Below are positions 63,827 to 64,000 of a DNA stretch of 64,000 nt, piece by piece (the stretch's first letter is position 1; every line of letters starts with the position of its first letter). The stretch lies in contig SCUM01000001.1 of assembly GCA_004297215.1 (NCBI GenBank), forward strand, positions 545,181 to 609,180, read 5' to 3'. The notes beneath the pieces were generated by a model. That model made no database searches. It was not told the origin of the DNA and saw only the letters and a list, made by a program, of their open reading frames with translations. Source of the stretch: Patescibacteria group bacterium (GTDB lineage Bacteria > Patescibacteriota > Patescibacteriia > UBA9934 > GWF2-40-263). A program made the translations under genes and the position numbers.

Positions 63827-63903
63827 CTGTCTTTGCGAGCCCATCAGGGCGAAGCAACCTCCCGTGAGATTGCTTCGTCGGCTGAGGCCTCCTCGCAAAG
63901 ACA
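63827..63903. repeat. REP-like cruciform repeat
   Basis: tgtctttgcgag...gaagcaacctc-ccgt-gagattgcttc...ctcgcaaagaca. Confidence 0.75.
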
Positions 63904-63912
63904 AGAAATTCT

Positions 63913-64000
63913 ATGACCACCAAACCCGCCGCCGCCATCGTGATCGCCATCGGACTTCTCATCCTCATCGCCGCCGCGTCGGCCTTTCCTCCCGTCACGC
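63913..64000 (+). CDS. Partial membrane or secreted protein running off the window
   Basis: MTTKPAAAIVIAIGLLILIAAASAFPPVT... Confidence 0.55.
   Translation, partial: MTTKPAAAIVIAIGLLILIAAASAFPPVT

Noticed and set aside
1-64000. Many long alternative-frame and antisense ORFs in the track (e.g. 17793-20261, 14323-16842, 25953-28217, 33861-35960, 57959-59968)
   Set aside because: They are shadows of real genes caused by high GC3; they are R/G/A/H-rich with no family motifs and fully overlap confidently identified CDSs
1-64000. Alternative genetic code (UGA read as Gly or Trp, as in some CPR lineages)
   Set aside because: Conserved genes are full length under code 11 and several end at TGA at the expected position

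Overview
GC-rich bacterial chromosome segment, genetic code 11. Gene content points to Patescibacteria/CPR, probably Parcubacteria (inference from DUF4012, CPR-type pilin-like and surface proteins, archaeal-type cmk and aspS, and scarce Shine-Dalgarno sites). Most of the window is housekeeping: seven aminoacyl-tRNA synthetase-family genes, four tRNAs (including an unusual tRNA-Ile(UAU)), rnpB, rnj, uvrA, ruvA, rplS, secG, pentose-phosphate genes and an envelope glycosylation cluster. Two things stand out. (1) An accessory block at about 7.2-13 kb combines a HIT hydrolase with an MccH-like F/HxHxK signature, an amidohydrolase, a SAM methyltransferase, an AspRS and an AsnRS paralog with a remodelled amino-acid pocket. 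It is a candidate aminoacyl-adenylate-analogue production, resistance or repair system. (2) The window holds many short periodic or palindromic repeats. These include a four-helix-bundle gene enclosed by inverted heptamer arrays with a matching gene-less copy 8 kb away, a repeat that abuts a sigma70 -35 box in all three copies, and repeat arms fixed in frame inside ValS, IleS, UvrA, RuvA and glycosyltransferases. All calls were made by eye from motifs and no database searches were run.
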